DNA of 64,000 nucleotides. Origin: a virus. The stretch covers positions 1 through 64,000 of the IMG/VR virus record IMGVR_UViG_3300049459_000229; one strand, written 5' to 3'. This document shows positions 54,246-63,572 of this stretch, one piece after another. Each line of letters starts with the position of its first letter. Within the stretch, counting starts at the first letter, position 1. The position numbers and the translations under genes were made by a program. The notes below the pieces were generated by a model. That model was not told the DNA's origin, did no database searches, and saw nothing but the letters and a program-made list of their open reading frames with translations.

Positions 54246-54953
54246 TTGGACATGCAAGAACAAGAGTCGCGCCCGCTCGCCTTCGTCATCGCTGATACCG
54301 AGACCACCGGCTTGACCGGCCCGGCCTGCGAGGTGGCCTTCCGCGAGATCTGCCCGGATACGCTGGAAACGATCCGCGAGATTCAGTCCCTGATCGACCC
54401 GGAATGCGAAATCGAGCCGAAGGCGATGGAAATCCACGGCATCACGCAGGAGATGGTAGCAAGCGCGCCGACGATGGCCGAATTCATTTCGACGCCTGGC
54501 TACCTCGACGGTGCTTTCGATGGCCGCAACATTGTGATCATCGCCCACAACGCCGCGTTCGACGTCAAGCGCCTGCACGCCGTCGGTGACATCGTCTCCT
54601 CTATCTGTACGGTGTTCCACAGCCGCCAGCTGATCGGGACCGAAGTCCCCAACCACCAGCTGCAGACCCTGCGCGAGCACTTCGGCTTCCCGGTCAACGA
54701 GGCGCACCGCGCCATGGCTGACGTGGCGACCACGCACCGCCTGCTGCGCGAGCTGATGGGCCGCGCCGGCCGCCGAACCTTGCGCGATTTCTACGAGACG
54801 CAGGAGACGACCGTGCACCGCTGGCCGTTCGGCAAGCACCGCGGCCAGCTGCTGCTGGAAACGCCCAAGGAATACCTGCTGTGGTTCAAGAAACAGGATT
54901 GCGATGCGAACCTGAAGAAGAGCATCGAGAAGGTGCTGAAGGCGATGAAATGA
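54246..54953 (+). CDS. DEDDh 3'-5' exonuclease (ExoX/DnaQ-like)
   Basis: DTETTG, HGIT, AHNAAFD, HRAMAD; C-terminal WPFGKHRG..P..YL.W domain. Confidence 0.9.
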   Translation: MDMQEQESRPLAFVIADTETTGLTGPACEVAFREICPDTLETIREIQSLIDPECEIEPKAMEIHGITQEMVASAPTMAEFISTPGYLDGAFDGRNIVIIAHNAAFDVKRLHAVGDIVSSICTVFHSRQLIGTEVPNHQLQTLREHFGFPVNEAHRAMADVATTHRLLRELMGRAGRRTLRDFYETQETTVHRWPFGKHRGQLLLETPKEYLLWFKKQDCDANLKKSIEKVLKAMK

Positions 54954-55453
54954 CCCGCAAAATCGTCCCTCTTAAAATGACCTACGCCAGCACCTATGTG
55001 GCGCCGGGTGTGGTCCTGCGCGTGTTCGACACCAATGCCGCTGGCGAGCTGCTGCCGGTCGCGTTCCGCCGCAATCCGATCGACGCTGTCGAGGTCCAGC
55101 CGGTCGACGCGCCTCACGGCCAGCTGTGGGCCGAGATCGCCCTGGATTACTACAAGGGCGCCTATATGACGGACCGCATGGTCGACAAGCAGGTCATGAT
55201 CGACGCGCTGCAGGCGCGCCAGAAGCTCGAGGCGCCGCTGGAGTCGGAGGAGGCCTGCTTTCACCTGGACGCCGCGTCGCAGTTCGGCTTCGAGATGGTC
55301 CAGGACGAGCCTGAGCTCTGGCAATGCACCCGAGACCAACTGGTCACACTTGCTAACGCCTTCGTGGCTGGTGGCCACTTCCAGTACGCGCGCCGCGCCG
55401 GCCATAGCACCGACCAAGCTCTCGAAATTCTCAACCGCCCTCTTCAAAAATAA
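54950..55453 (+). CDS. Hypothetical protein
   Basis: MTRKIVP; ATGA-coupled. Confidence 0.7.
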   Translation: MTRKIVPLKMTYASTYVAPGVVLRVFDTNAAGELLPVAFRRNPIDAVEVQPVDAPHGQLWAEIALDYYKGAYMTDRMVDKQVMIDALQARQKLEAPLESEEACFHLDAASQFGFEMVQDEPELWQCTRDQLVTLANAFVAGGHFQYARRAGHSTDQALEILNRPLQK

Positions 55454-55463
55454 AGGATCCACC

Positions 55464-55916
55464 ATGAGTCAGTTTTCCGAAGCGATCGTCGCTTTCAACA
55501 ACATGTACCGCCTGCCGGTGGCCGACGCCCCCAACATCATTTCGGCACAGCGCCTGCGTGACCTGAAGAAGATCCTGCTGGACGAGGTCAACGAGATCGA
55601 TGAAGTCATCGGTCTGGTCGAGAATGCTGAGCAACTGTACAACTCGTCCGATGCTCGCCTCGACGCCCTGACTGCGCTGGCTGACCTGATGGGCGACTTG
55701 CAGGTGTACTGCGCCAGCGAGATGGCCAAGTGGGGCCTGCCGCTCAACGCTGTTCTCGCCACGATCATGGACTCGAATATGAGCAAGCTTGGTGCCGATG
55801 GCCTGCCGATCTACGACGAGACCGGCAAGGTTCTGAAAGGTCCAGGCTACTGGAAGCCGGAGCCGAAGATCCGCGCACTGCTGGCCGATCTCAGCTTTGG
55901 TGTCGCAGGAACCTGA
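55464..55916 (+). CDS. MazG-fold NTP pyrophosphohydrolase (PRA-PH-like)
   Basis: DEVNE...LADLMGD...SNMSKLGADGLPIYDETGKVLKGPGYWKPE. Confidence 0.88.
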   Translation: MSQFSEAIVAFNNMYRLPVADAPNIISAQRLRDLKKILLDEVNEIDEVIGLVENAEQLYNSSDARLDALTALADLMGDLQVYCASEMAKWGLPLNAVLATIMDSNMSKLGADGLPIYDETGKVLKGPGYWKPEPKIRALLADLSFGVAGT

Positions 55917-55918
55917 CC

Positions 55919-56977
55919 ATGTCGACCCACCTGATCAGCGCTCCGTCGCAGATCCGGTCCCTCTCGAAGGCGGTCTCGGCCGCTTTTCTCGCGTCCCCTC
56001 TCTCCGAAGAGGAGCGCAACCCGGGACGGATCGAACTGACCGACCTGCCGTGGGTGGCGCCGCCGATCGCCTGTCGCGAGACGATCGGGCAGGTGCCGCT
56101 GTCCGACTACCTGAGCGTGCCGATGCCGATTGAGCAGGGGGCGCTGCGTCGCTTCTGGATCAAGACGCTGGACGATCTCTGGAACCGGCCTAGCGCTACG
56201 ATCCGGCGCGGCGCCTTCGCCAACTGTGGCTGGGCCTTCCCCAAGCTCAAGGTCGGCCAGCGCGCCTTCCTGTTTTCCACGCCGCTGGGCTTTCCGTCGC
56301 AGCTGGAGCCGACGACGGGCGTCATGTTCTCGATCGAGGTGGCGGCCGCTGCCGCAGCGTCGCTGCCGGTGCTGGATATCGTCAGCGACGACGACAACTA
56401 CTATGCGGTCATGGCCGACGGCGAGATCTTCGGCGTGAAGAATGGTCGGCCGGCGTGCGAGTCGCCCTGGACCGAGAGCATGGCCGGCATGATCCACGAG
56501 CTGGTCACCGGCAGCCGCGGCGAAGCCGATTACAGCTGCCGCTTCGACCAGCTTGCCATGCTGCGTTCGGTGCTGCATGTGCATCGCCGGCGATTCGAGG
56601 AGTTCCAGGGCCTGGACTACGCCTTGCAGGCGCTGCGCATCCTGTCGCTGGGTGGGCACTGCCCGGACCTGATCTCGCAGCTGCGTCTGCTGCCGCAGGA
56701 CATGGGCCAGCTGCGCCGGCATGAACAGGTGCTGCGCGACTGCATCGACATCATCGACGACATGCAGATGTCGGACCGCAGCAAGCTGGAGATATGGCAC
56801 AACCTGCTGGTGCCGGAGGTTCTCACGCCCGGCAAGTTCCGCCAGCACGTGTTCTCTGGCGGCCAGTTCCCGTTCGCGCTGGCGCAGGCCAAGCTCGAGT
56901 CGATCCGCACCTGGATGGAAGCGCAGTACCGCGCGCTGCCGGCCAGCGTCCAGAAGGAGGGCGTATGCAAAGCGTAA
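55919..56977 (+). CDS. Hypothetical protein (352 aa)
   Basis: Start MSTHLI; no recognisable motif. Confidence 0.75.
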   Translation: MSTHLISAPSQIRSLSKAVSAAFLASPLSEEERNPGRIELTDLPWVAPPIACRETIGQVPLSDYLSVPMPIEQGALRRFWIKTLDDLWNRPSATIRRGAFANCGWAFPKLKVGQRAFLFSTPLGFPSQLEPTTGVMFSIEVAAAAAASLPVLDIVSDDDNYYAVMADGEIFGVKNGRPACESPWTESMAGMIHELVTGSRGEADYSCRFDQLAMLRSVLHVHRRRFEEFQGLDYALQALRILSLGGHCPDLISQLRLLPQDMGQLRRHEQVLRDCIDIIDDMQMSDRSKLEIWHNLLVPEVLTPGKFRQHVFSGGQFPFALAQAKLESIRTWMEAQYRALPASVQKEGVCKA

Positions 56978-57189
56978 GGCAGTCCCTCATCGAGACGGCG
57001 TGCAGCACGGCTTTTGGGTTCGTCCTGAGCCTGCTGTGGCAGCACTATGGCGTCAACCCGCTCTGGCGGCTGCACGCATCGCCATTCGACAGTATCGGAA
57101 TCACCATTTCGTTCACCGTGCTGTCATTGGTGCGACAGTTTTACACTCGCCGGTTCTTCAACTGGCTCCACAACAGGAATAAAAAATGA
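56965..57189 (+). CDS. Small 2-TM membrane protein
   Basis: MQSVRQSLIETACSTAFGF...FTVLSLVRQFYTRRFFN, common phage family. Confidence 0.8.
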   Translation: MQSVRQSLIETACSTAFGFVLSLLWQHYGVNPLWRLHASPFDSIGITISFTVLSLVRQFYTRRFFNWLHNRNKK

Positions 57190-57737
57190 TTTTGATAGGG
57201 ATCACCGGCAAGGCCGGCGCCGGCAAGGATACGATTGCCGATTACCTCGTGCGTGAGCACGGCTTTCTGAAACTGTCGTTCGCCGGCCCGCTCAAGGCGA
57301 TGCTGGCAGCCGCCGGCATGCCGGAGCCGGCCAGCCGCGAAGAGAAGGAGATGCCGGTCCCCGGATTTTCTTTCACCTGGCGCGAAGCCGCCCAGAAGCT
57401 GGGCACCGAGTGGGGCCGCTCGCTGGACCCGGACATCTGGACCAAGGTCGTCGAGCAGCACATTCGCTTCGGCGGTTCGCTTCATACGCCGCACCGTGAA
57501 GCGCGTTTTGTCCTGTCGGATGTCCGCTTCGAGAACGAAGCCGCGATGATCCGCCGCCTGGGCGGCAAGGTGCTGCACGTGACCGGCCGCGCCGCTGAGC
57601 TGGGCGCCAACGCCGGGCATGCGTCGGAAGCCGGTGTCCGGTTCGACGTCGTGAACGACGAGCGGATCGACAACAGCCGCAGCATGGAATCTCTGGCGCT
57701 GCAGATCCAGTACAAGCTGGTCGAGGGCTGGGTATGA
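57186..57737 (+). CDS. Deoxynucleoside monophosphate kinase
   Basis: IGITGKAGAGKDT, SFAGPLK, LGTEWGR, SDVRFENEA, HASE. Confidence 0.92.
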   Translation: MILIGITGKAGAGKDTIADYLVREHGFLKLSFAGPLKAMLAAAGMPEPASREEKEMPVPGFSFTWREAAQKLGTEWGRSLDPDIWTKVVEQHIRFGGSLHTPHREARFVLSDVRFENEAAMIRRLGGKVLHVTGRAAELGANAGHASEAGVRFDVVNDERIDNSRSMESLALQIQYKLVEGWV

Positions 57738-57973
57738 CCGAGCGCACCGCAGACGAACTGGAAGCCGCGGAAGAGATTCGCGAGCAGGGTGTGGTCGACG
57801 GCGTGGCCTGTGCGCGGGCCGAGCTGGTGCAGACTCACAAGGACTTCGACGGCGTGCACTGCATCGGCTGCGGCGAAGAGCTGCCGCTGGTGCGCATCGC
57901 CTACAAGCGCATCCGCTGCACGACTTGCCAATGCGAGATCGAGCGGAAGGAAAAGATGCGGAGGCGGGCATGA
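57734..57973 (+). CDS. TraR/DksA C4 zinc-finger protein
   Basis: ADELEAA N-terminus; CIGCGEELP..R...RCTTCQ. Confidence 0.85.
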   Translation: MTERTADELEAAEEIREQGVVDGVACARAELVQTHKDFDGVHCIGCGEELPLVRIAYKRIRCTTCQCEIERKEKMRRRA

Positions 57974-58146
57974 CGATCATGGGTATGACGATCACGGGCT
58001 TTGGGTACTGCGCGGGCGGTGTAGTCGTCCATGCTTTTTTGTCACTGTGGCATCACGGCGCTGGCCGGTTTGAGAAGTCGGAGAAGCGTGATCTTCGGCT
58101 GACGGTTTGGCTGGCAGCCGCCATCGTTATCGGGAGCCTGCAATGA
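57970..58146 (+). CDS. Small membrane protein
   Basis: Two hydrophobic segments; coupled. Confidence 0.55.
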   Translation: MTIMGMTITGFGYCAGGVVVHAFLSLWHHGAGRFEKSEKRDLRLTVWLAAAIVIGSLQ

Positions 58147-58304
58147 AATGGGTGATCTTCGCAGCCGTGATGGCGGTTGCGGGCTTTCACTTCTGGGCCG
58201 CGCGTCGTGCAGCCAGGCTGCGGGACTGGGAATGGAATCGGCACTTCACGGTGCTTGGCCACATTGTGCTGGTGATGGCCGTGGTCATAGGGAGCTATAA
58301 ATGA
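58143..58304 (+). CDS. Small membrane protein
   Basis: Two hydrophobic segments; coupled. Confidence 0.6.
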   Translation: MKWVIFAAVMAVAGFHFWAARRAARLRDWEWNRHFTVLGHIVLVMAVVIGSYK

Positions 58305-61300
58305 AAAAATACCGCCGTGGCGCCTTCGACATGTCGTCCTTCATGTGGACGATGATGTCGTGGCGTAAGGACAAAGAGAACGGCTACGAAGTCGAGCACG
58401 AAGGCAAGAAGGTCTACATCAACAGCGCCGTGTACGGCTTTGATAATACGCTAGGCCGCATGCTCGACTGCATGAAGGCCTATAAGCTCAACCCGATCGA
58501 CGTGATCCTGGTATTTGAAGGCCAGAACAGCAAGGGCAAGCGTCTGCTGATCGACAACCAGTACAAGGGCGGCGGCGAGAGCAGCCGCCCGCCGCAGGCC
58601 TACGAGGAGTTTCACAAGCTGCGCGAGATGCTCAAGCAGACCTTCCTCGAGTTGGGCGCCCAGGCCATGTGGCAGGACTTCGCCGAGGGTGACGACACGC
58701 TCGCTTGGCTGGCCCAGAACACCGAGGACGACCTGATCGTCTTCACGTTCGACAACGACCTGACGGCGTTGAATATGCACCCGAACGAGCACGGCGCGCG
58801 CGTCTCGACGTGGATTAACGAGATGTTCGAGTACAACAAATATGGCCTGTTCGACTACCACCTGGTCACCACCTACAAGGCGCTGGTCGGCGACAAGTCG
58901 GACAACATCAAGGGTTGTCCGGACTTTGGCGCCGGCAAGCCGGGCAGCGCGTGGGAGCGCCTTGTCGATAAGTACGGTTTCGATGGTGTGCAGCAGATTC
59001 ACGACATGCTGGTCAAAAGCGACCTGTCGCCGCTGGGCGACTTCATCGGGCCGGACGACAAGCTCCTGCAGATGATCCTTGACAACGCACCACAGGTGAT
59101 CCGCTGTTTCGACCTTGCCCGCCTGCGTCCGGAGTGGGTCAACACCATGCGCCAGCCGCTGTGCTGGGAAGCTGGCATGGTGCGCCAGCTGGCGCCTACT
59201 GACCATGACCCGCGCCTGAAGCCCTGGTACGGCCGCACGCGACTCGTCACCGGTGGCACGTTCGAGCAGGCCATTGCCTGGGCCATGCCGCATATCCTCG
59301 CCTCGCGCGAGATCTCGCTCGATATCGAGACTGCGACGCCCGATGAATCGGACGAGTGGCTGGCTGCACTGGGTGACCCGGACGGCGTCGACGTGTTCGG
59401 CTCGTTCCTGGTGGGTCTGGCTCTGACCTTCGGCCCGAACAACCAGTACAGCCTGTATTTCTCGGTGCGCCACGCCGAGACCGGCAACGTCGACAGCGAA
59501 GCCTTGCGCCAGTTCATCGCCTCGATCCCGCAGGACAAAGAGCTGATCATCCAGAACGTCTCGTTCGAGCTGGCGGTGCTCTTCAACGAGTGGGGCGCGC
59601 GCCAGATGGACAACGGCTACCACGGCTTCCTGCCCAATGTGCTGGACACGAAGTTCGAGGCGAACTATGTCAACGAGAACATCCCGGTCGGCCTGAAGGA
59701 GCGCTCGCACGGCACCTTGGGCTACCGTCAGCAGACCTACAAGGAGACGTGCGAGATCACGGCACCAGTGGACCAGCTGTTCCCGGGCGGGCGCCTGGTG
59801 CGCGAGGACTACGTCTACGAGACGATCGGCACCGGCAAATTTGAGCCACTGACCGATGAGGAGGTAGCCGCTGGCGTGGTGCCGGCCGAGATTATGAAGA
59901 CGCAGCTGGTCGAGGTCGACGGCGAGCCGGTCGTGGCGACGCAGACGCGCCGCTACAAGATGAGCGAGCTGCCGGCGGCGCACGTGCTTGGCTATGGCGT
60001 CGACGACACGATCTGCACGATCGCCCTGCACAACTACTACAAGCTGTTCATGCAGCTGGAGCACTCGTACCAGACCTACCTGCAGGTGGAGATTCGCGCA
60101 GCCTATCAGCACGCGAAGAACTTCATCGACGGTACCGAGGTCTCGATCGCGCGCTGCAAGGAGCTCGAGCGCGAGGACGACGCTACCTACGACGCTGCCT
60201 GGGCGACGGTGCGCGAGTATCTGATCGAGCAGGGCTGGGCCGGCACCACGCCGCCGACCTACACGGTCGACATCACGCCGGCGCAGATCAAGGAGGCGTA
60301 CACCATCGTGACCGGCGAGACGCTGGACACGATGATGCGCACGCCTTCGAAGATCGTGACCTTCATCCGTACCGAGACCGAGCACCTGCAGTTTGCCGAG
60401 ATGCTCGATCGCCTAGTGCAGGCGAAAGCCTACGCCGACGGCAACGCGCATACCCTGCCAGCCGGCTCGGTGGTGGCTGAGATCGAGAAGGACTTCACCG
60501 CCTATGTTCGCAGCTACTTCAAGGGTGAGCCGCAGTTTAACAAGGGTTCGCCGATCCAGATGCAGCGCCTGATGTACGAGGTGATGGGCCTGCCGATCAA
60601 GGTGCGCAACATGCCGACCGAGGCCATGAAGAAGGCCGGCATCCGCGAAGGTTCGCCCAAGACCGATCTGCTGGCGGTGGCCTACGGCTTGCAGGACTGC
60701 ACACCGGAGCAGAAGCCAGTGCTCGAAGCCCTGAAGCTGATGGGCATGGTCACCACGCGCCGCTCGCTCTACTACTCGAAGTATCCATACTTCACGCACT
60801 GGAAGGACGGCCGCGTACGTTCGCAGCACAACCAGTGCTCGACCGTGACGCGCCGCGCCAGCGAGTCGAAGCCCAACAAGCAGCAGCTGCCCAAGCACCA
60901 GAAGATCGAGGGGCAGGAGGCCAAGTTCCGCGAGGTCATCGTGCCGCACCGGCCGGGTGCCGTCATCGTCTCCATGGACTTCGACTCGCAGGAGATGGTG
61001 CTGATCGCCTACCAGTCGCAGGATCCGAACGCGCTGTCTTGCTTCCAGGGTGAGAAGCGCAAGTCGCCACACACGATCACCGGCCTGGGTATCATCCGCG
61101 AGGAGGAGGGCCTGGACTGGACGTACGAGGACTTCGAGGCAGCGCTGGCCAGTGGCGACAAGGTGCTGGCCAAGCACGTCAAGGATATTCGCAACCTGGG
61201 CAAGAAGGTGAACTTCACAGCCGAATACGGCGCCATGGCCGAGAAGGTCGCCGCTACCCTGATGATCCCGGTCGAACGCGCGCAGCTGTTCCTCGATGCG

Positions 61301-61858
61301 CGCGAGGCGATGTATCCGGTTGCCCAGCAGTGGAAGGAAGACATCAAGGCCGAGGTCAAAGAGTTCGGCGTGGTGCGTACCCTCGGCGGCGGTGTGCGCC
61401 ACCTGGGCGACCAGCTGCTGAACGGCACCAACTTCGAGAAATCGAAAGCAGAGCGCCAGGCGGTCAACTTCAAGGTGCAGGGTCCGGCCGGCGAGCAGAC
61501 CAAGCTTGCGGAAGGCCGGATGTGGGACGACAACCTGTTCTACGACTTCGACGCGGTTTGCTACGGGCCGATTCACGACGAGGTGGTGGCCTCGGTGATG
61601 ATCGAGGACCTGCCGGCCTTCCTGCCGCGCATGCACCGCTGCATGACGGCGCCGTTCGCCACGATGGATCTGGAAGTGGTGTCGACCATCTCGTTTGGCC
61701 CGAACTTCTACCGCCAGACCGAAATCGGCGCCTACCCGACGCTGGAGGCTATCCGTGACGGGCTGCTGGAGATGCACCTCGGGATGATTGCACGCGGCGA
61801 GACCACGTGGGAGCAGTCGTGGATTGAGAATGAAGTAAAACTTTTGGAGGCAGCATGA
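58301..61858 (+). CDS. polA: Family A DNA polymerase with N-terminal 5'-3' exonuclease and 3'-5' exonuclease
   Basis: EGDD, DND, LVGDKSDNIKG (5' nuclease); DIET, NVSFE, YGVDD (Exo I-III); MDFDSQE, RNLGKKVNFTAEYG, IHDE (motifs A, B, C). Confidence 0.93.
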   Translation: MKKYRRGAFDMSSFMWTMMSWRKDKENGYEVEHEGKKVYINSAVYGFDNTLGRMLDCMKAYKLNPIDVILVFEGQNSKGKRLLIDNQYKGGGESSRPPQAYEEFHKLREMLKQTFLELGAQAMWQDFAEGDDTLAWLAQNTEDDLIVFTFDNDLTALNMHPNEHGARVSTWINEMFEYNKYGLFDYHLVTTYKALVGDKSDNIKGCPDFGAGKPGSAWERLVDKYGFDGVQQIHDMLVKSDLSPLGDFIGPDDKLLQMILDNAPQVIRCFDLARLRPEWVNTMRQPLCWEAGMVRQLAPTDHDPRLKPWYGRTRLVTGGTFEQAIAWAMPHILASREISLDIETATPDESDEWLAALGDPDGVDVFGSFLVGLALTFGPNNQYSLYFSVRHAETGNVDSEALRQFIASIPQDKELIIQNVSFELAVLFNEWGARQMDNGYHGFLPNVLDTKFEANYVNENIPVGLKERSHGTLGYRQQTYKETCEITAPVDQLFPGGRLVREDYVYETIGTGKFEPLTDEEVAAGVVPAEIMKTQLVEVDGEPVVATQTRRYKMSELPAAHVLGYGVDDTICTIALHNYYKLFMQLEHSYQTYLQVEIRAAYQHAKNFIDGTEVSIARCKELEREDDATYDAAWATVREYLIEQGWAGTTPPTYTVDITPAQIKEAYTIVTGETLDTMMRTPSKIVTFIRTETEHLQFAEMLDRLVQAKAYADGNAHTLPAGSVVAEIEKDFTAYVRSYFKGEPQFNKGSPIQMQRLMYEVMGLPIKVRNMPTEAMKKAGIREGSPKTDLLAVAYGLQDCTPEQKPVLEALKLMGMVTTRRSLYYSKYPYFTHWKDGRVRSQHNQCSTVTRRASESKPNKQQLPKHQKIEGQEAKFREVIVPHRPGAVIVSMDFDSQEMVLIAYQSQDPNALSCFQGEKRKSPHTITGLGIIREEEGLDWTYEDFEAALASGDKVLAKHVKDIRNLGKKVNFTAEYGAMAEKVAATLMIPVERAQLFLDAREAMYPVAQQWKEDIKAEVKEFGVVRTLGGGVRHLGDQLLNGTNFEKSKAERQAVNFKVQGPAGEQTKLAEGRMWDDNLFYDFDAVCYGPIHDEVVASVMIEDLPAFLPRMHRCMTAPFATMDLEVVSTISFGPNFYRQTEIGAYPTLEAIRDGLLEMHLGMIARGETTWEQSWIENEVKLLEAA

Positions 61859-62148
61859 GAGTTCAAGTAGCGAAGGAGGAGGTGTTCACCCTGACCATCG
61901 GCGACGTCCAGTTCAAGGACATGCGCATTGAATCCCGCTGGGAAGGTCTGACCAAGCTGGCGAACAGTCGCGGTGATGCGCTGGTCGTGTCGGGTCTGGG
62001 CGATGGCCAGAGTTTCGGCACCGCCTTCGATACGCTGTTCGGTGACATCTTCAGGACCGGAAAGATGACCGATGAGGCAGGCGTGTTGATTGTGATGGGC
62101 ACACCTTGCCTGATAACGCAGATTCTGCCGCTGAGAGGGAAGGTATGA
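61855..62148 (+). CDS. Hypothetical protein
   Basis: SD GGAGG; coupled. Confidence 0.7.
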   Translation: MRVQVAKEEVFTLTIGDVQFKDMRIESRWEGLTKLANSRGDALVVSGLGDGQSFGTAFDTLFGDIFRTGKMTDEAGVLIVMGTPCLITQILPLRGKV

Positions 62149-62498
62149 AGGACACCGTCGCCGCCGCGATCGCCCGCATCCTGGGCGTCTCGTCGAAGCT
62201 GATCTCAGGGTGGTCACTGGAGGCGCGACAGGACGGCCGCCGAGGCACGCCAGGCATGCTGACCACGCATCTGCAAGTCAAGGTCGAGGCTGACCGCGAC
62301 ACCCTGTACCGGCTGCAGACGGGCCAGCACCGCGGCAGCTGGGCGCTGAACAACGTCTATGCTGACTCGGCGCACCTGTTTGACGTCGCAGCACGCCTCG
62401 ATGTGGCCCTTCTCTATGGCAAGGAGACGCAGCACATCTTCAAGGCGTTGGCCCAGATGACGGTCTATCGCAAAAATCAGAAAGGAAAGAGGAAATGA
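62145..62498 (+). CDS. Hypothetical protein
   Basis: MKDTVAA; coupled. Confidence 0.65.
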   Translation: MKDTVAAAIARILGVSSKLISGWSLEARQDGRRGTPGMLTTHLQVKVEADRDTLYRLQTGQHRGSWALNNVYADSAHLFDVAARLDVALLYGKETQHIFKALAQMTVYRKNQKGKRK

Positions 62499-62854
62499 AT
62501 GACGCCCTGAGACAGACCGGCCGCACCACGCGGCTGATCGAGAAGGCAGTGCAGCTGGCGCACGAAGGCCGGGCTGTCTACATCCATACGCCGGAGCGAT
62601 GCGTGCGCCGCACGCAGAAGCAGGTCGATGAGACCTGGGAAAAGCTGTGGCCGGGCCGGCCACACGGCATCAAGGTCGAAGCGCCGCACCCGCACGCGCA
62701 GTTCAATTGGTGGGAGATGCGCGTGCTGGGTGCCCACCCGAACAGCGTCTGGCTGGTCGACCACTACCTTGTCGAGCGCCGGATCCAGCTCCTGCAAGAC
62801 CAGATGGCCGAACTTGCGAAAGAGATCGGCCGCATCTACCCACTTACCGTATAA
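62495..62854 (+). CDS. Hypothetical protein with N-terminal P-loop-like motif
   Basis: LRQTGRTTRL. Confidence 0.7.
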   Translation: MNDALRQTGRTTRLIEKAVQLAHEGRAVYIHTPERCVRRTQKQVDETWEKLWPGRPHGIKVEAPHPHAQFNWWEMRVLGAHPNSVWLVDHYLVERRIQLLQDQMAELAKEIGRIYPLTV

Positions 62855-62898
62855 CCCACCCGCCCGGCGCGCCGGGCACAACCCCCTAGGAGAATGCA

Positions 62899-63309
62899 AT
62901 GTCCATGACTTTTGAAGCACTCAGGCAGGCCAACCTGATGCGCCTGCCACAGTTCAAGAATTCGCGCGGCGAGTATGCGCACAGCGAGATGGACGGCTCC
63001 GACTGGAGCCCTTCGGATTGGTTCGAGGCGATGGCTGGTGAAGTCGGCGAATTCGCAAATTGGCACAAGAAATTCCGTCGGGGCGACATCTCGTTCGAGG
63101 AGTTCCAGCAGCACGCAGCCAAGGAGCTGGCCGATGTCCAGATTTACCTCGACATCCTCGCGCTGCGCTGCCTCGACCTGCCAGGCAGGCCGCACCCGAC
63201 TGGCATCGACCTCGGCCAGGCCACTCGCTTGAAGTTCAACGAGGTGTCTGAGCGCGTTGGCGCCAACGTTTTTATCGATACGCAGGGCCTCGTCTACCAG
63301 GAAATTTAG
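62899..63309 (+). CDS. MazG-like nucleotide pyrophosphohydrolase
   Basis: AGEVGEFANWHKK...KELADVQIYL...KFNE (ExxE/ExxD). Confidence 0.88.
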   Translation: MSMTFEALRQANLMRLPQFKNSRGEYAHSEMDGSDWSPSDWFEAMAGEVGEFANWHKKFRRGDISFEEFQQHAAKELADVQIYLDILALRCLDLPGRPHPTGIDLGQATRLKFNEVSERVGANVFIDTQGLVYQEI

Positions 63310-63359
63310 TCCGCCGCCCGGCTACCCCCCGCCGGGCATCAACCTAGAGAAAGAAGAAA

Positions 63360-63572
63360 ATGAGCAAACCCCAAATTACAGTCACCATCAGCGGGCCGGC
63401 TGGCGCCGGCAAGTCCACGCTGGCCGAGCATATTGCCAGCGACCTAGCCATACGTTATGGCGTCAAGGTGCAACTGATCGATGACGGCTGGAATCAGCTG
63501 TTGCCCACCTCGGCCCGCCACCTGCCTGGCCACTTCGACGCTGACGTCGCTATCCTTGTGGAGCAAAAATAA
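63360..63572 (+). CDS. 70-aa protein with Walker A motif
   Basis: VTISGPAGAGKSTLA. Confidence 0.7.
   Translation: MSKPQITVTISGPAGAGKSTLAEHIASDLAIRYGVKVQLIDDGWNQLLPTSARHLPGHFDADVAILVEQK

Noticed and set aside
50331-61858. Inteins or introns in primase-helicase or polymerase
   Set aside because: No C/S...HN splice motifs or LAGLIDADG blocks recognised; frames are continuous.
58301-63309. 2-aminoadenine (Z-genome) system suggested by PolA plus MazG
   Set aside because: No PurZ or DatZ homolog recognisable in the window; cannot be excluded for the rest of the genome.
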